Source: Perkinsela sp. CCAP 1560/9 (lineage: Eukaryota > Protista > Euglenozoa: Kinetoplastea). From it: DNA of 64,000 bases. This document shows, piece after piece, positions 10,367 to 22,118 of this stretch. Where the stretch lies: the NCBI GenBank assembly GCA_965644495.1, contig CBFFSA010000018.1, positions 62,001 to 126,000 of the forward strand, read 5' to 3'. The number at the start of each line of letters is the position of its first letter. Position 1 is the first letter of the stretch. The notes below the pieces were generated by a model, which was given only the letters and a program-made list of their open reading frames with translations, did not search any database and was not told the DNA's origin. Made by a program: the position numbers and the translations under genes.

Positions 10367-11713
10367 TCATGCAAATACCATACGACACGTGCACTCTTTA
10401 GTTCGATACTGCGAGGAAAGTGATATCACTCTAGGCACGGAGTACCGAAGTAAGTATTGCGAGGGGATGTGTTGTACATTTCGCACTCGAAGTTCCCATC
10501 CTTCATCCTCTGCGCTAAGACTAAAAGGATTTGTGGCCTTCGATGCATTTTCAGTTTGATTTTCTCGTTCCAGTGAATGGCTGTGCCATATTTCGTTTTC
10601 AACACAGCTGGCACACAACTGAGAACGCCACTTCGTAATTCGTTGCCGCTGTTGAAAGCCATGCCATCTGCGAATATAACGTAAAACTCTAATCCAAGGA
10701 GATTCTTCATCCATTTCCTCCATATTCTGTTCCTCTGTCTCCTCCTCGAATGAGAACCCCGTAAGGCTCCATTGAGAATTTTCTGGCATTTTCGCTAAAC
10801 GAAGAACATCCAGAAAGGAGGAATCGCTCAGAAAAGGAAAGATTTTTGCCAGGAGTGAGGTAACATTTCTCCAGCGATCACTATAATAAATAGTTTGCCC
10901 ACCAGGTCGGAGATTCACACTTTCCCAGGAGGCTTCTAAAGAGCTATCCGAACTGTTTTGTGATTTGTGTAGAAGAACCGGAAGAAGAGATTCGATCCCA
11001 GCTGGGGAACACCAGAGGTACGGGTCATAGAACCCCTGGGAGGAGATAAAATAGTTCCCAACTGTGCAAAGATGTGAGACCACGGCGTCGTGATAGAGCG
11101 GATGGAGAAATCTTACGCAAAGATAAGGAAGCGAATGTCGTTTCCAACGAGGAGAGACTCCGATGGGGAAACTGACTTCGAGTGTATCGTTGATGCGATT
11201 TATGTCCAAATTTTCTTTCACATGAGCGTCATTTTCCAAAGGGGTAATGCCAAAAGGAAGAGCCTTGCCGGGGGTAAAGTAGGAACAACTCCCATATACT
11301 TTTCGTTCCGCAATGCGAAAATCAAGAACACTTAGCAATACATCCAGAACACTGGCGAGAGAGGAAAAGAAATAGGGATCTGGAGACGATAAGAGTTGAT
11401 CCAATATTGTCTCATTCAGCAGGTTTGCATCAAGTGATTCATTTTCATAATGTCGGCAATTTTCATGCCTGCACAAAATGGGGTAAATAAGTAAGCTTCG
11501 TGGGGAAACCCAGGGAGTCTTTCCAGGATACTGCGAGATGCGTAAGTTTGGTGAAATAGGAAAGGGACCAAGAGAAATAACATTCTTGCGGCGTACCGCG
11601 GGAATGGCGAGACCTTGACTTGCGAGAACATGCAGGCCCGTGTTTAGTTGGGAAGGAGTGAGTATTTTTTGTTCCTCCTTTTGGGGGCTAGTTGTAACTT
11701 GCATGAGAAGCAA
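10367..11713 (-). CDS. Hypothetical protein
   Basis: 448-aa ORF in cluster orientation; no recognised domain. Confidence 0.6.
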   Translation of the reverse strand: MLLMQVTTSPQKEEQKILTPSQLNTGLHVLASQGLAIPAVRRKNVISLGPFPISPNLRISQYPGKTPWVSPRSLLIYPILCRHENCRHYENESLDANLLNETILDQLLSSPDPYFFSSLASVLDVLLSVLDFRIAERKVYGSCSYFTPGKALPFGITPLENDAHVKENLDINRINDTLEVSFPIGVSPRWKRHSLPYLCVRFLHPLYHDAVVSHLCTVGNYFISSQGFYDPYLWCSPAGIESLLPVLLHKSQNSSDSSLEASWESVNLRPGGQTIYYSDRWRNVTSLLAKIFPFLSDSSFLDVLRLAKMPENSQWSLTGFSFEEETEEQNMEEMDEESPWIRVLRYIRRWHGFQQRQRITKWRSQLCASCVENEIWHSHSLERENQTENASKATNPFSLSAEDEGWELRVRNVQHIPSQYLLRYSVPRVISLSSQYRTKECTCRMVFA

Positions 11714-12470
11714 TATGGAAAATAACGAAAGCTACGAAAAAACTACAAAGAAACTAAACCAATAAGAAAAGACAAATGTTGTAATAAAACTGAGAGTGTA
11801 AATATTGTTATGCTGAGCGGCGACAAAAGTTTCTCGGCTCTACATTTCGTTGCAAGTATCTGTGGTACCGCTTTATTATGATAGGAATTATTTTGAGAGT
11901 TTAATGTCGATGATGGAATTAAATTGTTTACTACTCGCGTCTAGTAAGAGAACGACACACACTGTCTTATAAGACTTTGAAAGTTTTAGGCTCATGGAAT
12001 CAAATCTGTCTTATTGCAGTAGGAATTGCAAGAAATTTTCGGATTTAGAACTCTTGCTTATTTTTTAAATACGAAATTAACAAGTTAGATACCTCACTAC
12101 ACCACTGCAAATACACAAATGAAAAACAAAAAAACTTTAGATTTATGAAGTCATTGCATTAGATACACTTTACAAAGGGCCCTGTAAGAGACAAATTCGA
12201 CAACTCACACATTAGTAAATTTTGATTCCCAATAATTCCAAATGTGGTCCCAATAATACTGTGGTGCGGATTGCCCGTCCTGCACAATGTTACTTCGGCT
12301 TAAAAACATCCAAACTTAAAATATACACTACAATACTCAAGAGCATAAGAATTACACGCCTTTTAAAAGTAACTCTATTATCCTTATGTTTGCAATTGTA
12401 CACACGGGCTTTAAAAAAACAATGGATATGAAAACCAGCAATTTATATATTTCTACTTCTTTAAATAACT

Positions 12471-13679
12471 TTACAAAACCGACGTCTTACGAATGTGCAC
12501 CTTTTCCGGAATCTTTAGCTTCTTGGGAATCTCCCATGTAAACCCATTCTTCCCGGACTCATCTACACGACCAAAATGCCCAAACCGAGACGTCATGTAA
12601 TAAATCGGTCGTCGCAAATCCAGCTCTTTAATAATATCATACGGACGAAGCCGAAAGTTCTCCTGCACGATCCGCAGCAGATCCTCATCCTCACAAACCC
12701 CTGTGCCATAACTCTCCACATGAACACTTAGCGGCTCCGCCACCCCAATCGCATACGCAACCTGCACCAGACACCGCTCACACAACTGTGCCGCCACCAG
12801 ACTCTTTGCAATCCATCGCGCGGCATAACACGCCGAGCGATCTACCTTTGTTGGGTCTTTTCCACTAAATGCCCCCCCTCCATGCGCCCCCCATCCCCCA
12901 TAGGTGTCCACAATAATCTTACGCCCCGTAAGCCCGGCATCACTTTGTGGGCCTCCAATCACAAACGACCCACTGGGGTTTAAATGAAACACCGTGTGCT
13001 CATCCAAGTACTCCCCCGGGATCACATGATGAATCACATGCTCCATTAAGTCCGCTGTGATCTTCTCCATCGTCGTCCCGGGGGCATGCTGCACCGAGAG
13101 CAGCACGACCTTAACCCTTTTCGGTTTTAAACTCTGCCGCACCCCTTTCGTCACCTCGTACTCCACCGTGACCTGTGTCTTCGCATCCGGCCGGGCCCAC
13201 GGCAGGATACCATTCCTCCGGCACTCACTGATTTTAACCGCAAGGCTGCGCGCGAGCTCATACGTCAGCGGCATGCACGTCGGGGTCTCGTTCGTGGCGT
13301 ACCCAAACATCAGCCCCTGGTCCCCGGCCCCGAGCTCCTCCTCATCGGCGTACCGCGCGGCGTGGCTGATCTCCGGGGACTGCTGCTCGATGGCGGTCAG
13401 CACGTTGCAGGTTTTGTAGTCAAACCCCATGGCGCTGTCACAGAAGCCAATGTCCTTCACGGTGTCGCGCACGAGGGCCTGGAAGTCGAGATGGGCGTGG
13501 GTGGTGATCTCCCCGAGCGTCATGACCATGCCCGTCTTGGTGGCGGTCTCGCAGGCGACCTTGGCGTGGGGGTCGACGGCGAGACAGGCGTCCAGGACCG
13601 CGTCGCTGACTTGGTCACACATTTTGTCCGGGTGGCCCTCGGTGACGTGCTCGGAGGAGAAGAGGAAGGAACGGGACAT
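12471..13679 (-). CDS. MAT: S-adenosylmethionine synthetase
   Basis: [28 protein letters not shown] signatures. Confidence 0.98.
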   Translation of the reverse strand: MSRSFLFSSEHVTEGHPDKMCDQVSDAVLDACLAVDPHAKVACETATKTGMVMTLGEITTHAHLDFQALVRDTVKDIGFCDSAMGFDYKTCNVLTAIEQQSPEISHAARYADEEELGAGDQGLMFGYATNETPTCMPLTYELARSLAVKISECRRNGILPWARPDAKTQVTVEYEVTKGVRQSLKPKRVKVVLLSVQHAPGTTMEKITADLMEHVIHHVIPGEYLDEHTVFHLNPSGSFVIGGPQSDAGLTGRKIIVDTYGGWGAHGGGAFSGKDPTKVDRSACYAARWIAKSLVAAQLCERCLVQVAYAIGVAEPLSVHVESYGTGVCEDEDLLRIVQENFRLRPYDIIKELDLRRPIYYMTSRFGHFGRVDESGKNGFTWEIPKKLKIPEKVHIRKTSVL

Positions 13680-14084
13680 GGGAATGGGGGGAATGTAGCG
13701 GGTGGGAGAGAGGGGAAAAAAGGAAGAAAAAAACGTTTTTGTTTTGTTGCTTTTTTAAAGAAAGTGGGCGAGGAGAAGTGAGAGAGCGGGAGGAAAGGGA
13801 AATATTGTGAGAGCATACTGGACTGAAATAGAAAAACGGAAGAGCATTTTTTTGAAAAAGAAAGTCCATGCGGCTTGGTTATTTTGTTTGTTTTGCATCG
13901 GATGGATTTTTTTATCTTCTACTGTTTTGTTTTATCTTCCTACACATGTAGGAAAGTGTAAGTACGATACGAAAAGATGAAAATGGGATGCATCTTGTTT
14001 CTGAGCGAGTCCGTTGGTATGAGTGCCAGAAATAGAAGTTCAAACCAACCCTGTGGTTAGGGAATTTGCGTAAAAATGCAGGTG

Positions 14085-14381
14085 TTAGTTCGTTCGCATC
14101 GACACCAAAGAAGCTTGTGTCTGTACAATTTCCTCTCGTTCTTTTTGCTTATCAAAATACGTCACCCAACTTTCGGGGCATTTAGTGTGATAATCTGCTT
14201 CTAATGACTCGCAGTTCGACTCAGCGGGTATTGTGGAAGGAGATGACTCCGAACGTGGTGCACTAGAGGAGGAATTTCGATCCGAGCGATAACGTCGACC
14301 GCATGCCTGATCCTCCAGACACTGAAAATAAGCATCGCGAGATGCGTAGCATTCCTCCCGCCTTTCGGCCAGACGGCCCAT
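14085..14381 (-). CDS. COA6/COX6B-like twin-Cys mitochondrial protein
   Basis: RxxCYASRDAYFQCL...CxxLxxxYxxxCPESWVTYF. Confidence 0.75.
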   Translation of the reverse strand: MGRLAERREECYASRDAYFQCLEDQACGRRYRSDRNSSSSAPRSESSPSTIPAESNCESLEADYHTKCPESWVTYFDKQKEREEIVQTQASLVSMRTN

Positions 14382-15089
14382 TTAGCGCACAAGTGTACGA
14401 AGGAAAACAGGAAGAGAAAAGGTAAAGAATCTTTGCATACTTATCGGCGAAAAAGTACAAAAAAATGCGCTGTATGCTTTATGAATCGTAAACCACCTGA
14501 AGGTTATTGTTCACAATTTTGTTTTCGAAGTGTGAAAGTTCTTCCTTGGACCCCCCGATCCCCCGACTTTTTTGCCGACCGCGTCTGAAGGAGAAAGAAT
14601 AGTCGGACCAATTGCGGTGGTTGTAAAACTACCGCTCTACCCTCGATTATTGAAAAAAAAGTGAACAAAAACAGTGAAAATATAAAGAGGAACACAGTAA
14701 TATAATAGAAGAAAAAAATATAAAAGGGGCTCCGGTGGTCCAAACATTATCAAAAAAAATCGGACCCTTGGGGGGTCCATGGGGGGGGCATACCGCACGA
14801 ATTTTTTTTGAAAAAATTATTTTTCGAAATAAAAGCGCAGAAGTGGTAGCCGGGGTCTTAGCGCGCATTTTCCACCCCCCTACCCGGGGGTGACCCCCCC
14901 TCGTATGCGTAGGACAGGTCCGTCAAGTTCGGATTTTTTCGGATTTTGTTTTTTGAAAAAAATTTCAACTTGACGAAACAAATGGTAAAAAAAGTATTTT
15001 TCCAAAATTGTTTCGCCTATTGTATTTTGCTAGTTTGGGACCTATATTAGCTTTTTACGCCATTGTTTTCGCGAGATGTAGCTTCTTGA

Positions 15090-15487
15090 AGCCGTGGTAC
15101 GCCTCCGAAAATGACTCGTTTTTGACCAAGAAATGCGAAAAAGTAATTTTCGGACCCAAAGGGGTCTTTTTGTGTCAAAAGAATGGTGTGGTTGGAGCCG
15201 CATCCTCCACCCAATACGTTTGGTAGCCTCGAATACATGCGTACGAGTGATTTCCCACACGAAAAAGTCGAATTTAGTGCTCTGAGAGCAAAAATACCCA
15301 AAAATGACCCCATTTTTACCTAAAAATCGGCCATTTTTGGCTCAAATCCTTCCGTTTTCTTCAGCTTTCCTAGCCAATTTTTCTTTTTTAGGCTCTTCGT
15401 TATACGCGGTGGTAGTTTTCAACGCGAAGCGCGCAGCATGAGTGACTTCTAAGTTGAAAACAACCACCGCGTTTAACGAAGAGCCTA
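15090..15487. repeat. Second copy of the ~400-bp repeat with terminal palindrome
   Basis: Similar to 7082-7490; palindrome at 15390-15486. Partial copies near 19250-19315, 35128-35200 and 47370-47463. Confidence 0.75.
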
Positions 15488-15568
15488 AATATTTATGTGG
15501 ACCAAAATAGTTCGGGCCAAATAAAAGTGGACCAAATTTTCTGCTCGACCGGTAGCTCCTATCGTACA

Positions 15569-16282
15569 TCAATTCTGTATTTGAAGTTTTGTCCCTTGAA
15601 AGGCCTTGTACGTCAGGCTTTCAGGTAGCAGTTGCGCGGAAATCGTTCCCACAAGTTCAGCGTTGTGACGAAGTGAAAGACTAAGAAGTCCGGAGGGAAG
15701 ATTGGCAATAGTTAGTTGCCCACTTAGCTTATTCATTGACAATATCAAGGAAGATAATGTTGAAGGAAGGTGGGAGAGATCAACTCTACCCGTAAATTGA
15801 TTGTAAGATACGTCAAAACCAGATAAATGTGGCGGAAGATTTACGAGATCAATCCCCCCCGTAAGTTGGTTAGTGAATACTGAGAATCGATGTAGAGATC
15901 TCGGTAGTGCATCCCACAAAAGTGTGCCACGTAAATTAGTTTCTTCGGACACAAACACTAATATATTTCCTTCGTCAGAACAATCAACCCCTTCCCACTG
16001 GTGTGCAGGTACAGATGCATTCCAAGAAGGGAGCGGATTCACTATGTTACTTATCAAACGCTCAAGCTCGTACTCTGCGGGAAGTAAAGCACCTCTTACT
16101 CGTCCCGCTTTTCGGCTCTCACCCGCTGTGTCAGAGAACTCGAATGCTTTGGGATGATAAGAGGGAAGTAAAGAACTTGCCGTACAATCTGTGATAATAA
16201 CACTGAATGCAATAGAAGCTACGATCATAAAGGAGTCCGTTTCCAATTGGTAATTCCGTGCAACAAATTTTTCATACAGCAA
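15569..16282 (-). CDS. LRR protein (FSDxxGExRKAG subfamily)
   Basis: Cap plus LRRs; close paralog of the genes at 18324, 34447, 38824 and 48225. Confidence 0.85.
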   Translation of the reverse strand: MLYEKFVARNYQLETDSFMIVASIAFSVIITDCTASSLLPSYHPKAFEFSDTAGESRKAGRVRGALLPAEYELERLISNIVNPLPSWNASVPAHQWEGVDCSDEGNILVFVSEETNLRGTLLWDALPRSLHRFSVFTNQLTGGIDLVNLPPHLSGFDVSYNQFTGRVDLSHLPSTLSSLILSMNKLSGQLTIANLPSGLLSLSLRHNAELVGTISAQLLPESLTYKAFQGTKLQIQN

Positions 16283-16743
16283 TTTTAATTACAGTCAAAT
16301 ATTCAATTACGATATTACCGGGGAGAAACTAAGTTATGTCAACAAAAGACGTATTAATTTAATTAACACATGAAATTAATAACACATGAATTAATCACAT
16401 GAAAAAAGCTTTGTAGAAGGCTATCTGAAGTTCCAAACTCTCTAAGTACGATACAGAAGCAGATTTCGAAAAAAATTACTTTTTATGAATAAAATTTTCA
16501 CAATCACGCAATGAGTCCTACAGTACATGTGCTACAGTATGTGCCTACAGTATGTGCTATTTCAGTGATCAGTCCAGTTGCAAAATTTTAGTTTCAGTAA
16601 ATGCTTTGCACCTCATGCTTGACGGTAGTAAGCGTACGTGCACTGTACCCGTGAGCTCGGCGTTGTTACGAAGCGAAAGACTCTCTATTCTAGAAGGCAG
16701 ATTAGTAAGCGTTACATCACCGCAGAACTTATTCACTGACAGT

Positions 16744-17181
16744 TTGTTCGTTCATGCACTTATAGTGCAGAGATTATGCTCACAAAGTCCGTGCCCGCAT
16801 ACGACGGGCGGATCAAGTGAGGGTTCGCCCTCGCCAGAGGTGTGCGGGTGCAGAGAGCTGGGGTCCCAGGTGCAGAGAGCTCGGTTGTCATGTGCAGGTG
16901 CAGAGAGCCGGATGCGTAATCCCCATATTACAGTTTCGGGGGCAATCCGGGTGCAGAGAGCTGCGACAGAGCCGAGGTGCAGAGAGCTGGGCGACCCCCA
17001 GGTGCGGAGAGCCGGGAGTCTCGTCGGCGGAGGACACGCCTAGTGGTCCTCAAGGGAGGCCACCGTGACGCATTACCTCCTCGGAAAGGTAGACACGAGA
17101 AAGAGAGCCGAGAGAGGGAAGCACACTCACTCCAGGGGAGTGAGTCGGGAAGGGATGAAGGGGTGGAAGCGCGTCCCCTGA
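16744..17181 (-). mobile_element. 5'-truncated non-autonomous retroelement, subfamily A
   Basis: Matches the 3' ~430 nt of 23959-24537; lacks the SL head; ends ATCTC-TGCACTATAAGTGCA-TGA plus a short extra tail. Confidence 0.9.
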
Positions 17182-17249
17182 ATCAACGAAAGTAAGGTTG
17201 CAGGAAGATGACAAAGATCAATACTACCCGTAAATTGATTGTACGACGT

Positions 17250-17820
17250 TTGATGCTCATGCGCTCGTTGGCGCAGAGATACAGCCCTTGATGCGACAGC
17301 CGATATCATCGGCACAATCCGTAATGACGGATGTCGCACCAAGGGGGTTTAGCACGGATTCTGTCGGTAGAGGGGGTCCAGGCAACTCGCCCTCTCTTTG
17401 CGCAGCCGGAGGGGTGCACTGCAACCGACTCGGTCCCAGTCGGTAGAGGTGGTCCAGGCAACTCACCACCTCTTTACGCAGCCGGAGGGGCGCACTGCAA
17501 CCGACCGCTGCCTCGCGATAAGACGAGGCAGAGCCACGCCCAGTGGTGCTCAAGGGAGGCCACCATGGCGCATGGCTCCCCGGGAAGGAAAAGGCGCGAA
17601 AGTAAGAAATACGGGGAGGGAAGAATACTCAATCAAAGAGTGAGCCGGGGAGGGGTGATGGGGTGGAAGCGCGTCCCCTACTTCGCCGAGAAAGAGGGAC
17701 AGTTTCGGCCTTAGTGCCGGCCGGCAACGGGCATATAAACAGTAAGACTATGCCCGTTGCCGGGGAAAGAAAAGATGAACTAAAGGAAAATGTACCAACA
17801 AGGTACAGAAACTGTATCTT
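17250..17820 (-). mobile_element. SL-headed non-autonomous retroelement, subfamily B
   Basis: SL relic 17820-17796, then GTACATTTTCCTTTAG, the 5' hairpin and two ~76-bp internal repeats; ends ATCTC-TGCGC-caacga-GCGCA-TGA. Confidence 0.9.
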
Positions 17821-18552
17821 CAACGAAATCAAACGCGGTGGAAGGCCTACGAGGTCTAATTCCCCGCTAAGCTTGTTGTTGTACACTGAAAATTCAAGTA
17901 GAGACCTAGGCAGTGTACTCCATTGAAATGAACCCATCAATCTTTTCCCTTTCGCCACAAACCCCAAGATTTCCCTTCCGCCCGAACAATCAACCCCTTC
18001 CCACTGGTGTGCAGGTACGGAGGTGTTCCAAGAAGGAAGCGGATTCACTATGTTACTTACCAAACGCTCAAGCTCGTACTCCAAGGGTAATGCCACACCC
18101 CTTACTTTCCCGGCCTTTCTGTTTTCGCCCGCTGTGTCGGAGAACTTAAACATGACGGAATGATAAGGCAGACGTAGCGAGTCTGTCGTGCGATCTGTGA
18201 AAATCACATTCATCGTAGTGGAAATACTAAATGCACAAGTAATAGTGTAAATTTTGTATACCTTTAATAGACGACGCGAATAAAGAATGTTTTGTGAATG
18301 CCAAAATATACCAAAATGTATCACAGCAACTTGAATATCTTGACTAATCCATTGTGATATCCTTTTAGACTGTGTTTTGTCGCGTCAAATCCTACATGTA
18401 CCGCATCGCGGAACAGACTCTGTTATCCTTCCCAGATTCTGTTATGTTATCTGATGAGGTTATTTCTCCTGTACATAAGAAGTACCCAGCAAAACATGTA
18501 GAAAACGACGTCGTACAAACCAGAAATGTATTTTAAACGCACTCACAATAGT

Positions 18553-18996
18553 CTATGCCGCAGCCAATGCCCATTTTCGTTGTAGAGCCTCTGTAACTTG
18601 GTCCTTCTGTTGCACTTTCATGTTCGCACTTTCAGATACTTTCTGCATTTCTTGATCTAACATGGCACACTTTCGTTCATAGTACGCAACAGCCTCGGAC
18701 GTAGCCATACGAGCGTAATACCCCGTGCCGAGATCGATTGTCACCTGAGAGGGATCGGATATCCTTCCTGGAACATACAGCGAACTTGTCACAGGAATAA
18801 ACATCTCGCCCTGGGTGACACCTTGATGCTTTTTAAGAAGCGAATCCAATGCACTGCGGGAATTAGCAAACTTCGCTGAAGCTTGTTTTAGGGCCAGAAA
18901 AGCCTGTTCGAGGCCTTGGATGTCGTTTTCCATTTGTGATTTTAATTGCGAGAGTTGTTCCGGAGTCAGGTCCTGAATGGAGACTGTTTCAGGCAT
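18553..18996 (-). CDS. PFDN5: Prefoldin alpha subunit 5
   Basis: IPVTSSLYVPG...IDLGTGYY hairpin between coiled coils. Confidence 0.92.
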   Translation of the reverse strand: MPETVSIQDLTPEQLSQLKSQMENDIQGLEQAFLALKQASAKFANSRSALDSLLKKHQGVTQGEMFIPVTSSLYVPGRISDPSQVTIDLGTGYYARMATSEAVAYYERKCAMLDQEMQKVSESANMKVQQKDQVTEALQRKWALAAA

Positions 18997-19382
18997 GAAT
19001 TACAAAGGAAAGAGAGAATACAAGAATTGATTTATCCTATTACTGATGGATTGTGTAAGAGATGATAAGTGTTGCTCTTTACTCACTTTGCTTAACACAT
19101 CCTTCAAAAGCTCCAGCTGCAAGGTTTAAACATAAAATAGAATACAAAGTGGTCCATGCACTAGCATACTTCACACAAAAACAAATTGCTCAACAGACCA
19201 TTATGGCCATTTGTGTGGCCCATACCAAATTTTTCCATTTAAGCCATTTCGTTAAACGCGGTGGTTGTTTTTAACATAAAAGTCACTACTGCTGCGCGCT
19301 TCATGTTGAAGACTACACGGTAGACAAAGATTACATCTTGTTTACAAGATATCATTCTATATTTTTTTACATGATATCATAT

Positions 19383-20216
19383 TCATGATGCATATCCCTC
19401 ATCTTCAATAACGTCTATATTTGTATATGCAAAGGACATGCGGCGCAATTGTTCAGGAAGCGTACCTATTTCCACTGTTCCACGTAGCATGGCGTTACCA
19501 CATATTAGCAGTCCCTCCAGTGAAGTCGGGATATGTGACAAATCTATGACACCTGAAAACTTATTATTTCTCAAATCCAAATATTTTATATTTTTCGGAA
19601 GAGAAGTTAAGTCTAGATTTCCGTTAAAGAAGTTATCTTGAAAAAAAACTTCTTCTGCTTCCAGAGGGAGCAAACTTAAATGCAAATTGCCCTTCAAAAC
19701 ATTATTTCCAAGAACAAAAAATTTCATGCGAGCGGGTACAAAATTTAAATCAATTGCTCCACCAAATTTGTTGCCTGATAAATCAAGATAGTAAAGCTTT
19801 GGAGTTGTATCGTAGAGCTCTTCCAGTGGAATCTCACCCTTCAAATAATTAGATGCCATTTCGCATCGCAATAGCGAGGATGGGAGATGCGAAAGATGTA
19901 AGGTACCGGATAAGCGACATACTTTCCAGTCTATTTTATTCACCTTACCCTCTTGGTTGCAGTATACTCCGTACCACTTGCACGCATGGGTGTGTTCATT
20001 CCAAGAGGGATATTTGGTTTGTACCTGTATGTCCTCAATGACACGCGCCAATTTGTACTCCTGCGGGAGATTCATGCCACTGACTTTACCAGCACGTAGG
20101 CTAGATGCAGGAGCCTTATATGAGGATAGCACATCTGAAGATTCAACGTCTGTGTTCGATTTTATCCGTTTCAGGGAGGGTTCGGAGACGTCCGACAAAA
20201 GGCAGCTCAAGAGCAT
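19383..20216 (-). CDS. LRR protein
   Basis: KVSGMNLPQEYKLARV...CKWYGVYC cap plus LRRs. Confidence 0.9.
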   Translation of the reverse strand: MLLSCLLSDVSEPSLKRIKSNTDVESSDVLSSYKAPASSLRAGKVSGMNLPQEYKLARVIEDIQVQTKYPSWNEHTHACKWYGVYCNQEGKVNKIDWKVCRLSGTLHLSHLPSSLLRCEMASNYLKGEIPLEELYDTTPKLYYLDLSGNKFGGAIDLNFVPARMKFFVLGNNVLKGNLHLSLLPLEAEEVFFQDNFFNGNLDLTSLPKNIKYLDLRNNKFSGVIDLSHIPTSLEGLLICGNAMLRGTVEIGTLPEQLRRMSFAYTNIDVIEDEGYAS

Positions 20217-20508
20217 GAGTTAGAAGAAATAATCGACGAAATGCAAATATTAAGAAGAAAAGCAAAAAGATAATCCACGAGTTTAGCCACGCGTTCTGCG
20301 TCGAGCCTGTAAAAATATCTAGCTTAGTTGTATACTTTTTGCCGAATATAAAGTTAAAAAAACACAAAATAGCATAAGGGATACTATCGTATCTGTTGCA
20401 GTTTTCCATCCGATACTCGGAACCTATCCCGTATGAGAAAGTAAATGACCATTGTAATCTTTTGTAAAGCATTTGTTTTATAACACAAACATCACTACCG
20501 CCTTCTTT

Positions 20509-21834
20509 TCACTCTTCTTTCGGTTCTCCTCTCTGAGAGAACAGCGTGGTAAATTTCGACATGATGGCCATGACCTCGGGATCATTCATGTGCTTCATAA
20601 ACGCCCCGGGCCCATTTTGACGCACATCTTCCACAATCTCCGCCATGCGAGGGTTGCCGTGGACCTCCTCCTCCTGCAGCTGCTTTAACGCTTGCGCATC
20701 CAGCGGGCCAAACGGGGTTTGTACCGTCCCTGAGCTATCTCCCCCTTCCGCAGCGTTAGACAGCGCGTTGCCATTCTCACCCATTAAAGCGTTATTTCCC
20801 ATCGACGAAAGAAATTGCTGCATGTCACCCATCCCAGGGGCATTACTTCCCATTTGTGACGCAAAGTTTTGCATCAACGACGTAAACTGCGGATTTTGCA
20901 TCGCTTGGGAGGCCATTTGCATAAATTCCGGCTTATTCATCATCCCCATCAGTTGATTCATATCAAACCCAGCAGATCCCGGAGCCCCTCCTCCTCCTAA
21001 CCCCGACAGTAAACTCCCGAACGGATTATTCCCCGCTGCAGCTTCCTCCGCTTTTTTCACCCTCTCCCGGGCTTGACGCAGATCCTCCCCATAACTCGCA
21101 TTCTGCGGGTCCAGCTCCACCGCCCGCGCATACGCCTCCGACGCCTTCTGAAACTTCTCCTCATAAAAATACGCCGTCCCGAGACGCGCATACGACTTCG
21201 CGTACCCCGGCTCCAAGGCAATCGCCTTTTCCGCATCCGTAACCGCGTTGCCATACTCCTTCATTTGTATGTACGCCGCGGAGCGGTTCGCAAAGTACAA
21301 ATGGTTACCCGAGTCCAACGCAATCGCGCGGGTGTAGAAACCCAGCGCCTCTTTGTGCGCCGCGGTCGCCATCGCCGCGTTCCCCCTCGCCTTGCACTGC
21401 TCCGCGTCCAGCCCCTCGTAGGGGTTCTGCCGCGCGAAGAACTTGCGCCTCGCTTTGTCGAGCCGGGATTCGTGCTCCGGGGTCCCGGGGTCCGCCCCTT
21501 TGAAGTACCCCCGGTCGTGGAGGATGGAGAGGAAGTCGCGGAGCTTGGAGGCCTCCTCGGGGGACTGCGGCGTGAGCTGAAGTTTACTCTCAGAAGAAGA
21601 CAACGAAAAAGAAGAAGATTTGGAGCCGTGAGATCCATTCGCTTCCGGGGCGTCACTCGCGTGATCCCACAGGTGCTGGAGGGCAACCGGATTCGGGGGG
21701 TTGAAGCCGGGAGGGAGGTGAAAGAGGTTGTGGATTTTTTCGCAAAGTTCAGAGACGGCAGTGGGCTCGGGGAGGTTTTGTTGGCGTAACCATTGGGTGA
21801 AACTGTGAACGATGGCGTGTTGGGTTTCGGACAT
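20509..21834 (-). CDS. SGT: Small glutamine-rich TPR co-chaperone (SGT/Sgt2-like)
   Basis: Three TPRs (KARGN...YFANRSAAY...KSYARLG) and an M/Q/N-rich STI1-like tail; probable start MSETQ. Confidence 0.85.
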   Translation of the reverse strand: MSETQHAIVHSFTQWLRQQNLPEPTAVSELCEKIHNLFHLPPGFNPPNPVALQHLWDHASDAPEANGSHGSKSSSFSLSSSESKLQLTPQSPEEASKLRDFLSILHDRGYFKGADPGTPEHESRLDKARRKFFARQNPYEGLDAEQCKARGNAAMATAAHKEALGFYTRAIALDSGNHLYFANRSAAYIQMKEYGNAVTDAEKAIALEPGYAKSYARLGTAYFYEEKFQKASEAYARAVELDPQNASYGEDLRQARERVKKAEEAAAGNNPFGSLLSGLGGGGAPGSAGFDMNQLMGMMNKPEFMQMASQAMQNPQFTSLMQNFASQMGSNAPGMGDMQQFLSSMGNNALMGENGNALSNAAEGGDSSGTVQTPFGPLDAQALKQLQEEEVHGNPRMAEIVEDVRQNGPGAFMKHMNDPEVMAIMSKFTTLFSQRGEPKEE

Positions 21835-22118
21835 GGGGGTAGGGGTAAGGGGAAGTGGGAGAGAGGAAAAGTGTGGGGAAAGATGGGTTGCGAATGAAAA
21901 GATAAGAAAGAGGGAGCAGTACAACGTTCGCAAAAATTTGTGAATTTTCTATTGTGCAACTTCTGAAATTGTTGCACAATAAAAAATTCACAAATTGTTG
22001 TTTTCCTGTTTTTTGTTACACAAATAATTGTCTTGAGTGTAAATATTTGTTGAAAGACTTTACTTTTTTTCACAGATTTCCATTTTCTCCTTGTCACATT
22101 TTTTTGAGACATCTCATT

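Larger units (their letters stand above)
16569..18324 (-). pseudogene. LRR gene (FSDxxGE subfamily) interrupted twice by retroelements
   Basis: Segments 18324-17821 (...LPPRLISL), 17249-17182 (TSYNQFTGSIDLCHLPATLLSL) and 16743-16569 (LSVNKFCG...TETKILQLD*) are collinear with intact paralogs. Confidence 0.9.

Noticed and set aside
14540-14960. Possible MITE (G/C runs, cggacc motifs)
   Set aside because: Could not define TIRs, a TSD or a second copy in the window.
16840-17015. CRISPR-like array (GTGCAGAGAGC repeats with spacers)
   Set aside because: Repeats are ~12 bp with irregular spacers, identical between dispersed copies; the context is eukaryotic with no cas genes.
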